A stretch of 64,000 nucleotides of DNA from Octopus vulgaris (lineage: Eukaryota): positions 19,158,001 to 19,222,000 of the forward strand of contig OX597825.1 of the NCBI GenBank assembly GCA_951406725.2, given 5' to 3'. Position 1 is the stretch's first letter, and each line of letters opens with the position of its first letter. The notes below the pieces were generated by a model, which saw only the letters and a list, made by a program, of their open reading frames with translations, was not told the origin of the DNA and ran no database searches. A program made the translations under genes and the position numbers. Below, piece by piece: positions 42,110-56,040 of this stretch.

Positions 42110-42325
42110 GATTGCAAAGCTGGCGGGGTCATTAGCCAGTGACACAAAATTTTTAGCAGCATTTCTCCCCGTTTCTTACTTTCTGTAATCAAATCCGGCC
42201 TCGATCAATGTTGCCTTTTATTTTTCCGGGGTCGATAAAATAAACTGTCACTTAAGTGCTAAGTCGATGTAATCGACTTGCCTCACTCCCCACAAAATTG
42301 CTGGCCTTGTGCCGAAATTTCAAAG
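42110..42325 (+). mobile_element. SINE family C, old copy
   Basis: ccggggtcgataaaataaa...gtcgatgtaatcgact...gctggccttgtgcc. Confidence 0.65.
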
Positions 42326-42540
42326 ATGTATTTGTATAATCATTATTTGATTTAGCTTTTCCTTAGATTATGTTGTGTAAACGCTTGCCGAATGATTACA
42401 TAGGAGTTAAGGCAGGAAAAGGTAAATGATTAGATATCTTCAACTACTTGAATGAGAAGTGCCTCTTTCAATGAATATTGAAACATATAATAAACGAGAA
42501 GAGGTTGTAAATAAGAGCTCAGTATATACGTGATACAAAA

Positions 42541-42616
<76 letters not shown>

Positions 42617-43207
42617 AAGCATCGTGAAGTGAAAACATAAAAACATAGATATTTATGAGCGGAAAGTGGTAAATAATATTAAATATTGATTTGCAAGTGT
42701 TTATATATTCAGAATTCTTAAGTATAGACGTATATGAATATAATATAAATTAAGTGGGAATCAAGCATTTAGACTGTGTCACTTCAAATTACAAGTTCAT
42801 TAGAGTTCATCATCTCACTGAGAAAGCACTTCGTTGTATGTACACAATGCTAGTCGGATTTACATTAAAATGTTTCTTTTGAGAAGAAATTCTTCACCAG
42901 TGTATTAGCTGGTATGTTTTCTCACAACTTTTTCTATAATATCATATCAAATGTAACCTTAGTGCCATAGTATTTCTTTTATTTTTAAGGTGGTATTTCT
43001 AGATGTTTCAATTTGGTTAGGTTTTAAAATACTTTTATTGATGTAGTTTAAATAATGGTGCACTCATATAAATTCATTTGTAGATCATATCTTTTCTTCC
43101 TTGTTGATTATATCTGGCTTATTTACTTGGTTTGACAGTACTTTTAACAGGTAAATCTCAAATTACATTTCCATTAATATTACCGGATAATGTCTGGTAA
43201 TTTGGTA

Positions 43208-43600
43208 CAAAATGCATTCCAAAAGTTTTGAGATATTTTTAGGGGAAATATTTATTCATTTCAAAGAAGTATAAAACTCTAATCTCCTTCAATGTGGGAT
43301 TCTCTGATTTCAATGCATTTGTTGCAGCGCTGCTGCCACCTGGTGAAGGCTGCGTGAAAGTCCTTCAAATTGAAGGGGTTTCGGATCCTTCTCGCAACCA
43401 CTTTAATTCTCAAAATAACCTTCATCTCTAAACTACTGCCTCTGGTGTACTTCTTCAGATTGTAGAGCAGCAAAAATTCATCGGGAGCAAAGCCTGGGCT
43501 GTAGCTTGAAGGTGAAGTACAGTTTTGATATCCATCTTCGTCAAGTATTTGGTTTCTAGGGTGCTAGTTACTGAGCATCTTGAGAACAGACTTAGCACAA
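43208..43600 (-). pseudogene. mariner transposase C-terminal remnant with TIR
   Basis: YSPGFAPDEFLL (YSPDLAP-like motif) and FTRWQQRCNKCIEIRESHIEGD*; TA plus TIR-like caaaatgcattccaaaagttttgaga. Confidence 0.75.
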
Positions 43601-43849
43601 TTCTGTACATTATTTACATTATTTACATTATTTACATTCGACGGATATTTGTCCTCATCTTGGTTGTTGTTAACAAGAAAAATACTTTAAGACGAAAAAT
43701 ACCTTAGGGATGAGAACCCAGGTCCGATATTTCCCCAAGACACCTGAAGAAGGCTGGAGAGTATATCAGCCGAAACGTTGTGTTAACAATAAACAAGATG
43801 AGAACAAATATCCGTCGAAAGTAAATAATGTAAATAGTGTAAATAATGT
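43601..43849 (+). mobile_element. Short PLE-type insertion with inverted termini and 13-bp TSD
   Basis: Inverted arms ~43606-43675 / 43781-43850; TSD agacttagcacaa at 43588-43600 and 43850-43862. Confidence 0.8.
43739..43784 (+). ncRNA. Minimal type I hammerhead ribozyme motif
   Basis: gacac-CTGAAGA-a-ggctg-(10 nt)-cagcc-GAAA-cg-TT-gtgtt; stems I and II paired; palindromic acgt stem III. Confidence 0.78.
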
Positions 43850-43939
43850 AGACTTAGCACAAATTTGGTTTAAATGTTTAACAACTCAGCACCGTCCATT
43901 GGACAGGGCGTGGGCGTTTTGTTTGTTATTATTATGAAG

Positions 43940-44260
43940 AAATTCCACCGAGGCCGGCTTTGCCTTCGGTGACATTTAAATAAGTACCAGTTGGGCACTG
44001 GGGTCGATGTAAATCGACGAGCCCCCTCTTTGCAAATTTCAAGCCTTGTGCCTTGAGTAGAAAGGATTATTATTATCATGAAGATGGCAAGCTGGCAGTA
44101 TGTTAGAACGTGGTGGGAAATGTTTAGAGGCAATTCTTCTGGCATTTGTGTTGTGAGTTCAAATCCCACTGAAGTCAGCTTTGTCTTTCATAGTTTCGGT
44201 GTCAATAAAATAACGTAGTAATGAAAATCGGAGTCGACATTATCAGTGTCACCTCTACAT
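43940..44260 (+). mobile_element. Two SINE family C copies
   Basis: 43940-44070 3' part; 44083-44260 5' part with gagttcaaatccc B box. Confidence 0.7.
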
Positions 44261-44370
44261 TTAAACGTTCCTTTCCTTTTGTCAAATTAAAACTATTATT
44301 TTTATTATTATCATTATTATTATTATTATTGTCGTTGTTGTTGTTGTTTTTGTTGTTGTTGTTGTTGTTG

Positions 44371-44429
<59 letters not shown>

Positions 44430-44460
44430 GCTTTTGTCATTGTTGTTGCTATCGCTTCTG

Positions 44461-44844
44461 CTTCTTCTTCTTCTTCTTCTTCTTCTTCTTCTTCTTCTTC
44501 TTCTTCTTCCAATCAGGACTCACGCCCTTTGCCACAAAGAATAATCTCTAAGTCGAGCCTACTCTAAGCTTCTAAGAATGCGTGTGCCAACTTGAAGATC
44601 CACCGACCACACTGAAAGTTTACCACACCATAGTGGGTTACACCATGGTTCCTCTGCTTTGTGGCAGAAGTAGGAAGAAAGAATGAGAAAGTTGTGGTGA
44701 AAGAGTACAGCGGGGTTCACCACCCTTCCCCGCCGGAGCCTCGTGGAGCTTAGGTGTTTTTGCTCAATAAACACTCACAATGCCCGGTCTGGTTTTCGAA
44801 ACCGCGAGCCCGCTGCCTTAACCACTGTGTCATTGCGCCTCCAC
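44461..44844 (-). mobile_element. SINE family A, tail type 3 ending in (GAA)n
   Basis: Family A head and core 44680-44844; unique ~170-bp tail then (GAA)n. Confidence 0.8.
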
Positions 44845-47464
44845 TCTGTTGTTGTTGACACCAGCGAAAAAGATTTCGATGGATGTAATTGTCGTCTAGT
44901 AAGTAAATTATCTTGAGTACTTATTTACATTTCTTCATATTCTTTAATTTTTAATTATACTCTTATTATAATCTTAATTCCACCAATATTGTCACTGTAT
45001 AGGAATAGCGTAATAGATAAATACTGGGGTGCGTATTCCGAGTAATCTCTCTAACAAACGTATATTATATAAGCCAGTCAGTTGCGTAGACAACACTTCT
45101 GCGCTGCAGCCTTTATGCTCTAAGTCAATATAGCACACTATTTTACATATATATATACATCACCGAAGTCCAGTTCTGTAGTTTCGATACTTCTTTCTAA
45201 TTTTGCAGGAAAGAAAAAGAAGAAACTGCGCGCGGATTAATCAAGAAGTTACCAGTCGAAGAAGAAATGTTTACGTGAATTCCTAAAGTACAGTAAAAAC
45301 TAGTGGAAATCTCTGACAAAATTCACGGCACTTCTTGTGGATATCATGTGTTCCTTTTCAGACATACGCGACACTTTCGAGTATCAGATAAATCAATGCT
45401 CTGACTTTAAACTATATCCCTTTGCGCCCTGTATTCAACAGTCGCCAACATTACCTTTGTTTGTTATCCTTGACAGGACAATAAAATAAGTCTCAGACAC
45501 GTAAAGGAAATCGACTGGTTGTTTTGGCTCAGCCGCCGCTCCAAAATCTGTGGTTGAGAGTTTTTGATAACAACAAAATATTATTTACATTTGCTAATTG
45601 CATGTGATAACTATATTGTTAAGCTTATCTTCTACTCTTTGGGAATCTAAGAATCATCATTGTATGAAATTAACTGTGGGTTAGTTTGCAAGCAATGGGA
45701 CATTTAGCGTCCGTCGAAGCTTTACTGAAAATTATTTACGCTATTAATAAAATGAAATATTAACTCAAATCGAAAACCTGTCCGTAACTTAGGATCTTTA
45801 GAAGTATTATCATTGCTGTATCTAACTTCATTATCTGAAAATGCGTATCGAGCGTTTATTGATGAGTTAAAGTAGCGTTAAATATGTCAAATATGCTGAT
45901 CCCATTATGTTAATGGCATATATTTGTCGACCCTTTAATCGAAAATACCTCACCGCAACATCACTAAATTCGGAACTCTGATGGAAGCAACTAAGTACGC
46001 TAATACTTTAATCTTTTATTTACATTATGTGTCATCGTTTAGATTTTTTAAAAATTATTATAAATATCATCTTCATTAAAAATTCAAACACCTAACAAAC
46101 CTTTGATTTATATATATAAAAAAAAAGAATATTAAAAGTATAAACATATAAAAATTGCTGTTCAGATAAACCAGTGTGAAACTGCGAAATTAAATATTTA
46201 CACAAAGCATCAGTATATTTATACCGAAAATATTTTCATTGGTATTCATCCAAAATATTTTAATGTTATTGATTTAAAATATTTAGAGATTATATGATAT
46301 TATTTATTTTCTTTCATTGTTTCATTTTGTGTTGTTTATGTTTTTTATTTTTAATATTGAAAAATTGCCATATTTTCCGAACGTTGATGTTACCATTTGT
46401 GATTTCATTTCTTTTTATTTAAATAAATATGAATTTTCTGTTTTTGTTTAGATAAAGGTTATGTAAACAAAGCATGTGTAGACAAATCATGCTCTGCATA
46501 TATGTGTATGTATTTATGTTTTGCCTCACATATGGAGATATTTCTACACATTTGACACATTATAGAGAAAATTTATTTTAAATGATATTGCAAATAAAGC
46601 TAATCCTTATGACAGGACACAAACAACTATATATGATATATTTATTATTTTAAATTGACAGAAAGTTATAAAAGTGGCTCGAAAGCTGTGAATATCGTGC
46701 ATGGCATTTATCCTATTGCTCCAGATTTTCAAACAAAACTACGCATGAACACAAACACATGTATGTGTATATTTGAATACGTATGAATATATTTTCTTCG
46801 TCACTTCAAAATGTTCATATACCTCATAAACATGCTTTTATAATGTTACTTTTCCTAATAATTTTGTACATATAAATATACATTAAGTGTTCACTCCTAA
46901 GTTTATAAATACATTTAATTATATTAGCTATCTTCATAAAAACGATTGTTCTTCATGTAAATCGAGTTCGAAATTCGAGGCACACTAGAATGAAAACGTT
47001 ACTTTGGAAACGAACAACCGGAAGGGGCAGCTTGGGTGTTGCTGCTTCGACGCCGCCGCTAGTTTGACACGGTTGACTGGAAATTGAAGCTAGTTCGGCA
47101 ATAGATTTTTGGCGACTATACTTTTGGCAGTGCAGGCAAACAAAAAAAAAAACATGCATATAGATACAGAGGAAGAGAGACATTACAATGTATTAATTGA
47201 AGCCGATTGATTTAAAAACTTCCCCCTTTCCTCATACAGTAATAGAACTACGCTCACGCTCAGAAACAGAGAAGGGAAAACAGTGATAGATGCAATGTAT
47301 ATCAATTAGTAGCAAGGTGGCAAAATTTTTACTTATGGTGAGATATAATAATTTTCATTTGGAAATAAAAGTGAGACAATTCAAATGAAATTTTTGCCAG
47401 CAGTTGAAGTTTTACGAAAGCAGATTTTGGCACAATGTATTATTATAGTTGTTGATAACACATA

Positions 47465-47640
47465 AGGCAGCGAGCTGGCAGAATCATAAACGAGACGGGC
47501 AAAATGCTTAGCGGCATTTCTTGCGTCTTTGCGTTCTGAGTTCTAATCCCGACGAAGTTGACTTGGCATTTCGCGATCAATAAAATAAACACCAGCTGAG
47601 CACTGGGGTTGAAATTACTGGCATTATGCCAAAATTTATG
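47465..47640 (+). mobile_element. SINE family C, diverged
   Basis: gcgagctggcagaatc...aatgcttagcggcatttc. Confidence 0.75.
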
Positions 47641-48171
47641 ACATAATTTTAATTTTTTAATCATTTCTTAGAGAGCGGTCATTAAAAGTACTGTACACAT
47701 GATCAGCCCATATAGTTTTACTCCCGGTATAAAATATGGTCATGAATATATTATTGCAGTGGCATAGTAGGATTTCTGTAAAATAAAGTTTCCAATTATA
47801 GTAAGCCTTGCGTATATACTAGTTAGAAAATGTCTCTGAGGTGCTTTTGAATGCAACAGGAAGTATCCATTTTCACTTCTGTGTTTCATGGAGAAATAGC
47901 TATCGCACAATTTCCCCTCTATAAATTTGCGGGGTTTTTGCCAAAGAAAGGCTAAAAATAATTGCAAAATTATTACTATAATACTGGAAAACAGAGAGCT
48001 TTCTCTCTTGTTGCAATATTCTTTACCTCGTTTCTTTGATAATTATTCATTACTTTTATCTTGCTAAGAGTTCTGGAAAAAGACAAAAAAACACATCAGA
48101 ATGTGCTAGGTTGTATTTCTTCAACATGTAGACTAATATAAGTCTCGTTGAAAGACCTAAATCATAAATAG

Positions 48172-48207
<36 letters not shown>

Positions 48208-48209
<2 letters not shown>

Positions 48210-48368
48210 TCTTTTCTCTTTTTACTCTTTTACTTGTTTCAGTCATTTGACTGCGGCCATGCTGGAGCACCGCCTTTAGTCGAGCAAATCGACCCCAGGA
48301 CTTATTCTTTGGAAGCCTAGTAGTTACTCTATCGATCTCTTTTGCCGAGCCGCTAAGTTATGGGGACA
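48208..48368 (-). mobile_element. SINE family B 3' half
   Basis: ctcttttacttgtttcagtcatttgactgcggccatgctggagcaccgcc. Confidence 0.9.
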
Positions 48369-48403
48369 AAAAAGCTGACGTGCCGTAATCAGGATCGTGG
48401 TAC

Positions 48404-48468
<65 letters not shown>

Positions 48469-48575
48469 CATATATATATGTATATATATATATATATATA
48501 TATGAATTTTTTGTCCTCCACCTCACTCTCTATTTATATCACACCGAAACTAATTATGACATTTCCTCTCAAACC

Positions 48576-48630
48576 GTCTCCGATGAAGGGATATTATTAT
48601 TAATTAATATTCTAGAAACAGCTGTAAGAC
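48576..48630 (+). ncRNA. Minimal type I hammerhead ribozyme motif
   Basis: gtct-CCGATGA-a-gggatatt-(loop)-aatattct-a-GAAA-cagctg-TA-agac; stem I gtct/agac; palindromic acagctgt stem III; adjacent to (TA)n. Confidence 0.7.
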
Positions 48631-49566
48631 ATTCTATCTATAAATGCTCTAATATCTATACAGCCTTGGTTTTTTTTATCTCAATACACAGAAAATTCAT
48701 ATATACACACGCTGATATAGAACCAAAGTTGAACACTTTATTCGCAATATTACCGAATCTGGAACTTAACCATAGTCTGTCAATAGCACTTATTCAGCAT
48801 TACCTGACTTCTTTGGGTCTCAATGACACCATTATCCCTTATATATATAACAATAAAGTTATAACTGTATCTTACAGCACCAAAAAACGTAAAAATTATA
48901 AGCAACAGATAGATTTTTATTGAGAAAATAGAGACGCATATGTACGAGGACATATATTTACATACGTTCATACATGGTATTATAGAAGCGCACACATAGT
49001 TAAGTAAATTTTGCGTCGTATCAATTTTATTAACAGCATGATTGAAATCAGAACGTTTTGACTAGTAGTTGAAACCGGCTCCGTGTCTCTCTTCATAAAA
49101 TCTCATTATTTTCATTCATAATATGTAACACATGTTGGTTTTACGCATACAATGGAGTAGAACAGCTGAGTTAAACAGTGCGTTAGATAAAGTATTATTT
49201 TTCTTTGTCAACTGATGACATATCCATTCCATAACAAACATTTATGCTATGATATGCGTCGTGATGTAAATGATGTAGCAGACATTGTTAGCATGGATCG
49301 CATAAGAAAAAAAAAAAATCTTGCTTGAAATAGGTCACGTTAAAGATGCGAGATAATATTGTCACACGCAAGAACAACAGATTATAAGCATACACATACT
49401 TAGGTCTCCTCTCTAGTTGTCCCCAATTTTTCTCTAAGTACACACAGACACACGCACACTCATACGTACACAAACATATGTGAATATACACGTATGTGTA
49501 TTTAAACACAAATATAAACATATGTGTGTGTGTGCCTGTCTGTGTGTGTACGTGCGTGAGTGTGTG

Positions 49567-49950
49567 TGTGGCTGTGTGAAGAAAGTTGCTTCTCAAACAC
49601 ATGGTTCCGGGTTCAGTCTCACTGCGTGGAACCATGGGCATAGCCTTGTAAGTGGATTTGATAGACGAAAACTGAAGGAAGCCCATCGCATATATATATA
49701 TATAAGTGTGCGTGTGTGCGCGGGTATGTGTATTTGTGTGTCTGTGTCTGACTCTCAACCATCGCTTGACAACTGATGTTGGTGTGTTTACGTACCTGTA
49801 ACGTAGCGGTCCAGCAGAATCTACTGATAGATTACTAGGCTTACAAAGAATAAGACCTGAGGACGACCTGTACTACTAAAGGCGGTGTTCCAGCCGGGCC
49901 GCAGTCAAATGACTGAAGCATGTAAAAAAGTAAAAGTATAAAAGACTATA
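49567..49950 (+). mobile_element. SINE family B, diverged
   Basis: Head, microsatellite core and tail recognisable. Confidence 0.8.
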
Positions 49951-49979
49951 AGAATATATATATATATATATATATATAG

Positions 49980-50590
49980 TGAGACTTTACAAAAAAAAGA
50001 CGGTGTGTAAACAACAAGCTGATGTATTAGTTTAACGCTCGGTAAGTGAGAAGGTCTTTTACATTTCGAGCAGAAATAAACAGGGAGAGAAAATAGAAAA
50101 AGATTTTAGTGGCTAGCGATCTATCATGGTGAACGCCGGACAGAGGGGTCACACAGGAGAGCTAGGAAGAAGGGGAGATTATAAAGTAGTTGCGATCCCA
50201 AAACAAAGGTGCACATGCATGTGTAGGTGTGCGAATGATGGTGTAGGTGCTGGCAAGTGGACATTGATAGTGTGTGCACTGGTGTGTAGCTAGGAAGTGG
50301 TCAGTGCTAGTGTGTGATGTGATGTGGTCTGGTATGGTAGTGTGTAATGTGGGGGTGTGTGGTGTGTGGTATGTGGTGTGGTGATGTTGGAGTGTGGCGG
50401 AGGCGAGATTGGGAAAGCAAGGGTGGGTCTAAGGGATGGGGTGGGCTGGGAGTGGATATATAGGTATGGTGAGTTTGGAAGGTTTAGTGTGGGGTAACAG
50501 GGAGGAGGTGACGATGAATGGAGAGTGTAGAAGGGAGATGGTGTAGAAGGGAGATGGTGCAGAGAGGATGAGAGGAGGTATAAATAAAAT
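49980..50590 (-). mobile_element. PLE-type terminal fragment between (TA)n tracts
   Basis: 50020-50125 is the reverse complement of 18445-18570; hammerhead partly deleted. Confidence 0.55.
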
Positions 50591-50689
50591 ATAGATGCAT
50601 ATATATATATATATATATATAAGAAAAATAAGAAAATAGGAATAAATCAATTACTAATTATATTTATTAATTACAAAAATAGTCATAAT

Positions 50690-50769
50690 CCCTGACAGCT
50701 GTTTAGATTACGGCTTTAAAAATTTAATTAAATTAATTAAATCATTATAAAGTTGAATCTTGTCGGAGG
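50690..50769 (-). ncRNA. Degenerate hammerhead motif
   Basis: Minus strand: cct-CCGACAA-gatt...aatc-TAAA-cagctg-TC-agg; core mutated. Confidence 0.4.
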
Positions 50770-51276
50770 TAGGAAAAAATATACTTTTACATTTTTATGT
50801 TTTTATGTGTTAAGTGCATGGAGCATTACAGTTACCTGAGTATTGTTTTAGAGAAAAAATTGGTATAGAACTTATAAAGGAGGGAAAGGAACTATATTTA
50901 GAGAAACAAATATAAAATATAACATAATATACTCTGGGGAATCATTAGAAATTATAGAGATAAACAATATGTAGTAATTAACCGTGTATTTAAGTATCAG
51001 ATTTAATAGAGGGGTAAATATGTTTTTTTAAAAATTTAAGTAATATAGTATACTCTAGGTAATCATTAAAAGTATAGAGATAAAACAATATATATTAATT
51101 AAACCTAAATCAGGTCAGTGCGGTTTTATCCGCACAGCTCGAAGTAAGGTGAATATATATATATATATTTTATTCTCTTCGAAATTATCCCTAATAGTAG
51201 TTTGGATTTTGGCAACTCCATCTAGCGTGTTAGGTGTCCTATGATGGTCATCTTTTATGTGTTTAAAAGTACACTG

Positions 51277-51346
<70 letters not shown>

Positions 51347-51421
51347 CACATATATATATATATATATATACGCCGAGTGTTACAGTCTTGTAAATAAAAA
51401 TAATTCTATTTATATAAGCAT

Positions 51422-51820
51422 AGGCGCAGGAGTGGCTGTGTGGTAAGTAGCTTGCTAACCAACCACATGGTTGCGGGTTAAGTCCCACTGCGTGGCATCT
51501 TGGGCAAGTGTCTTCTGCTATAGCCCCGGGCCGACCAATGCCTTCTCAGTGGATTTGGTAGACGGAAACTGAAAGAAACCTGTCGTATATATGTATATAT
51601 ATATGTGTGTGTGTTTGTGTGTCTGTGTTTGTCCCCCTAGCATTGCTTGACAACCGATGCTGGTGTGTGTTTACTTAGTGGTTCGGCAAAAGAGACCGAT
51701 AGAATAAGTACTGGGCTTACAAAGAATAAGTCCCGGGGTCGATTTGCTCGACTAAATGCGGTGCTCCAGCATGGCCAAAGTCAAATGACTGAAACAAGTA
51801 AAATAAAAGAATAAAAGAAA
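51422..51820 (+). mobile_element. SINE family B, full length
   Basis: tRNA-like head, cttgggcaagt (CORE-like) segment, internal (TA)(TG) repeat, A-rich tail. Confidence 0.92.
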
Positions 51821-51914
51821 AAGCCTAAAGAATATAGCGATCATCATGCAATGACTAAGGGAGCTAGTCTAATAATGGGGCATATAAGCCCTCGACAGAA
51901 TAAAGGTAGGCTTT

Positions 51915-51990
51915 CTAATCTGCGTTGGACTCGAACCCACATACCTTCGTTAACGTAACTAAGTGTGATACCATTACACCAACGAATTAG
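51915..51990 (-). other. tRNA-derived sequence (pseudogene or SINE head)
   Basis: A box tggtgtaatgg and B box ggttcgagtcc at tRNA-like spacing; ends can pair; anticodon arm not canonical. Confidence 0.5.
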
Positions 51991-52049
51991 CCCACCATCG
52001 CGTTAGTAGTGTAGAGGTGCTCTATCATGCTGAAAATAAAACTCCTCAT

Positions 52050-52854
52050 TTTGAAAGTCTTTTCTAATGCTTGGCATGACAGACTGTTGCAGCAATTTCA
52101 ACTAAATGGGACCAGTCACAGTAGCGTCAAAAAAGAATGGTCCAATTAATCCTCTTGATGATAAGCCACACCACACTGTATCCCCTGGTAAATTAACATG
52201 GTGTCCCACCATAACATGCAGATTATCAGGGCCCCAGTAGCTGCAATTTTGGCAGTTAATTAAATCATTTAATTTGAATGTGACCTCATCACTACACACA
52301 ATATTTGTTGGAAAGTGTGCATCTTCTACACATCGTGCCAGGTACCACTCGCAATACTGCACTCTTCGATCTGGATCATCATCAATTGTAGCATGGACTA
52401 ATCTTGGAACGTAACTTTTCCATTGAGAACACTTCAAAATGCGTTGGACAGGCGATTTTGACATACCGACCTCACGACTCGCTTGCCGCATAAATTTTCT
52501 TGGACATTGGTGATACGTTTCCAGCACTCTTTCTTGGTTTGTGGGGGTTGTCGAGGCTTATGGTTTTCCTGAACGCTTCTCATGAACATTTCCAACAGTA
52601 CCATCGGGTTCAAACTTATCTCTAATTTGGGGGATGTTAAGTCACATTGGTGAATCTGATTGAAACTTCCACCTAAACTGTGTACTTCAACTGCGTTTTC
52701 ATACATTCAGTAGCATTTTAAATTGTCTTTCCTTTGTTCAAAGCTTAGTCTATCTGCCACCATTAATTCCAATGGGTTTCATCCGAAAAGAAAAAGGACA
52801 TCAATTGAGTTATCAGCTACTAAATTGTGTATACATTTTTTTTAGGACACCCTG
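52050..52854 (-). pseudogene. Tc1/mariner-superfamily transposase remnant, 5' half with TIR
   Basis: TA-CAGGGTGTCC terminus; HTH region [45 protein letters not shown]; frameshifted. Confidence 0.88.
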
Positions 52855-53802
52855 TATATAAAATTAATAAAAGCAACTGTTTGCAACATTATACCATGAA
52901 TGATAATTATAGTCAACTAAAGGTGTGAATAACACCTACATTGCTAGAAAAAGCGCAATATATACACACATACACATATAGCTAGAAATAAGAACTAAAA
53001 TGCTCCAATGCTGTTACAACGCATATAATATATACTGTGATAGCACCTATCAGATTATATGTTTTCCCTGTTCCTTTCTAAGTACGTATATATCGTGTAT
53101 GTATGTGCCTGTGAATATATACATCGACAGACATCTATGTACACACGCATAAGTACATATTAAGCTCAAGGATGCATAAAAAATGCTCACTTGTAAGTGC
53201 AAAGCATGCACAACCTCGCAGATATATAGGGATGACGAAAAGGAAACATGATGTTGTCATATTTTTAGATGAAAAATATTCTGCTGCAGGGAATGTGTGA
53301 GTCTGTAACTAAAGAGGTATTGGGTGCGAGTAAGTGTCGGAGAGTGCATAGGAATGAAATATTGTATAGAAAGGAATGTGAAATAAGTGTAATGTAGAGA
53401 GGATGAATATTCCCGAGAATGCTTTTGGAATAATTATACGAGAAATTTACCTATTTAAATTACAATGATAGAATATAAGGAAGATAAACGAGAGCCTACT
53501 GTTTATGCTTACGTACAAACATACATACAGGTGTGCATACGGATATATGTTGATGCGCATATATGTATATATATATATGACTGTGAAAATAGATATAGAT
53601 TGTCATATACAAGTTGTTAGATATGTACACATACATACACACACAAACACACACATAAACACACAAACATATATATATATATATATATATTTACATACAT
53701 GCGTATATATATATTTATATTTATGTATATAATATATATATGTATATATACATATATATATTTATATATGTATGTATATATATGTATATATATATAAATA
53801 TA

Positions 53803-53855
<53 letters not shown>

Positions 53856-54240
53856 ATACATATTACATGTATTACATATGTATATATATATATTCATAAA
53901 TATTGGTTGATACTAAATCAGGCACCTATTTGGCACTAAATTTTGAAACCGGTACCGAGTTGACTAGCATTTATTTGTTCTGACCCAGTAGTGGTAAGAC
54001 ATTATTATTGTTCACTGATATTTTTTCCTATCTTGTCTGTAATATATTTGTGACTACTCGGTGGTACAAAAGTATTTTTACTGCTATTTTAGCGATATTG
54101 GTACTCATGTGGTACCATTGTGTATATATGAACATATCTAATATTGTATGTGTATATTTTATATATTTATATACACATATATCACAAAATACAGACACCT
54201 TTTGAATGAATCTACAACAAATGACATCTCCATTACGCCC

Positions 54241-54750
54241 TTAGAATAACAGACGCAAATATTAAAAATGATACATTCAAAAGTGATACCAAAATAGTCC
54301 TAATCGCTACCTTAATCTACAACGAGTCACTTTTAGGGCACTTGACCATTTAACATCTTACTACTATCATACCTCTCCCGTATTCTTTTATTATTCTTTC
54401 TCTTCTTCTCTTTCTCCTTTTTCTATTTTGTCTTCTTCTTCCACTCCGCTACCCCATTCCTTACTTTACTTCTAGTGCTGTTTAGAATAACACATGCGCA
54501 AATATTATAAACAATACATTCAAAAGAGATATCTGAAGAATTCAATCACTAATACAATCCACAAGTCACATTCAGGGCACTTGACCATTTAATACCCCAC
54601 TACTATCATACCACTCCCGCCTTCTTTTATTATTCTTTCTTCTTCTTCTTTTTTCTTCTTCTTCTTCTTCTTCTTCTTCTTCTTCTTCTTCTTCTTCTTT
54701 CTTCTTCTTCTTCTTCTTCTTCTTCTTCTTCTTCTTCTTCTTCTCCTTCT
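54241..54750 (+). repeat. Diverged tandem duplication (~240-bp unit) ending in (CTT)n
   Basis: ttagaataaca...agggcacttgaccatttaa...ctactatcatacc repeated at 54241 and 54482. Confidence 0.85.
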
Positions 54751-55068
54751 CTACCAAGAATTAAAGACCTCGAACTCATAAGAGTAAACAAGAGACACAT
54801 AGCTTGGCAGAAACAAGGAAAATGCCCCTTTTATTTGAAGACTATGCAAATATACTTTTCAAAAACTTTTTTATTTAATTTTTTCTAAAATTTAATTGTT
54901 TTCCATATTTAGAGTTGAAAAAGTCTCAATGACTGAAATCGCTACCAAAATGTTTTTTATGATAAAAATATTTTAGCATTTCCTACCTTGACCCATTTTC
55001 CTTACACATATCAACTCGTGTGTTCCTTTTCAGCTTTCTACACACACATATATACATACACATACACA

Positions 55069-55133
<65 letters not shown>

Positions 55134-55189
55134 CAATATATCCATACATATATAGGTGTGTGTGTCCATAAAAGGGAAAGAACTAGAAA

Positions 55190-55282
<93 letters not shown>

Positions 55283-55743
55283 ATATTTATAGCAGAGTAA
55301 ACTAACAGTGTCAAATCCAGTACGAGACAGATAGTCTACAAGTGGGAAAAAGTCGATCATTAATCGTTTATATTTATTGAGACACTATAATATAAGCAGT
55401 TATCCGCATATTACAGCTTATTTATATTCATGCTAAACAGCACGTATATGACAATATTTACTTTGAAATTTATGGTGTTGCTGAACATAGTTTTTGTCCA
55501 CTTCATAAGAAATCGTATTTGAAAAGTATATTACCATAAGTTTGAACATTTGCTGTCTTTCATCCTTCACTTCTTTCAGTTATTGGACTGCGGCCATATT
55601 GGGAACCGCCTTCAATGTTTCAATCGAACAAATTGATCATGATACAAAATTTTCTTTACGAAAGATGCATATTCTGTGTGTCTTTTGCCGAACCATTCTG
55701 CTACATGGACGTATACAAGCCAATACCATCTATCACACTTCTT

Positions 55744-55774
<31 letters not shown>

Positions 55775-55819
55775 TTCTCCCTCTCTCTCTTTCACCTTTT
55801 CTCTCTCTCTCTCACACAC

Positions 55820-56040
55820 TCGTGGAGGTTCGAGTCTTACTGGTTAGGGTATTGGAGCGATGATCGTAAGATTGTGGTTTCGATTGATGGATAGGGCGAT
55901 GCGTTGTGTTCTTGAGCAAAGCACTTCTTTTTACATTGCTCCAATCCACTTCGCTGGTAAAAATGAGGTAATGCTGTGAGGGACTGGCGTCCCGTCCAGG
56001 TGGTGCATATATACGCCACTGAAACGGGTCTGTATGTGTC
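55820..56040 (+). mobile_element. SINE related to family D
   Basis: gcgttgtgttcttgagcaaagcactt and gactggcgtcccgtccag. Confidence 0.65.
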
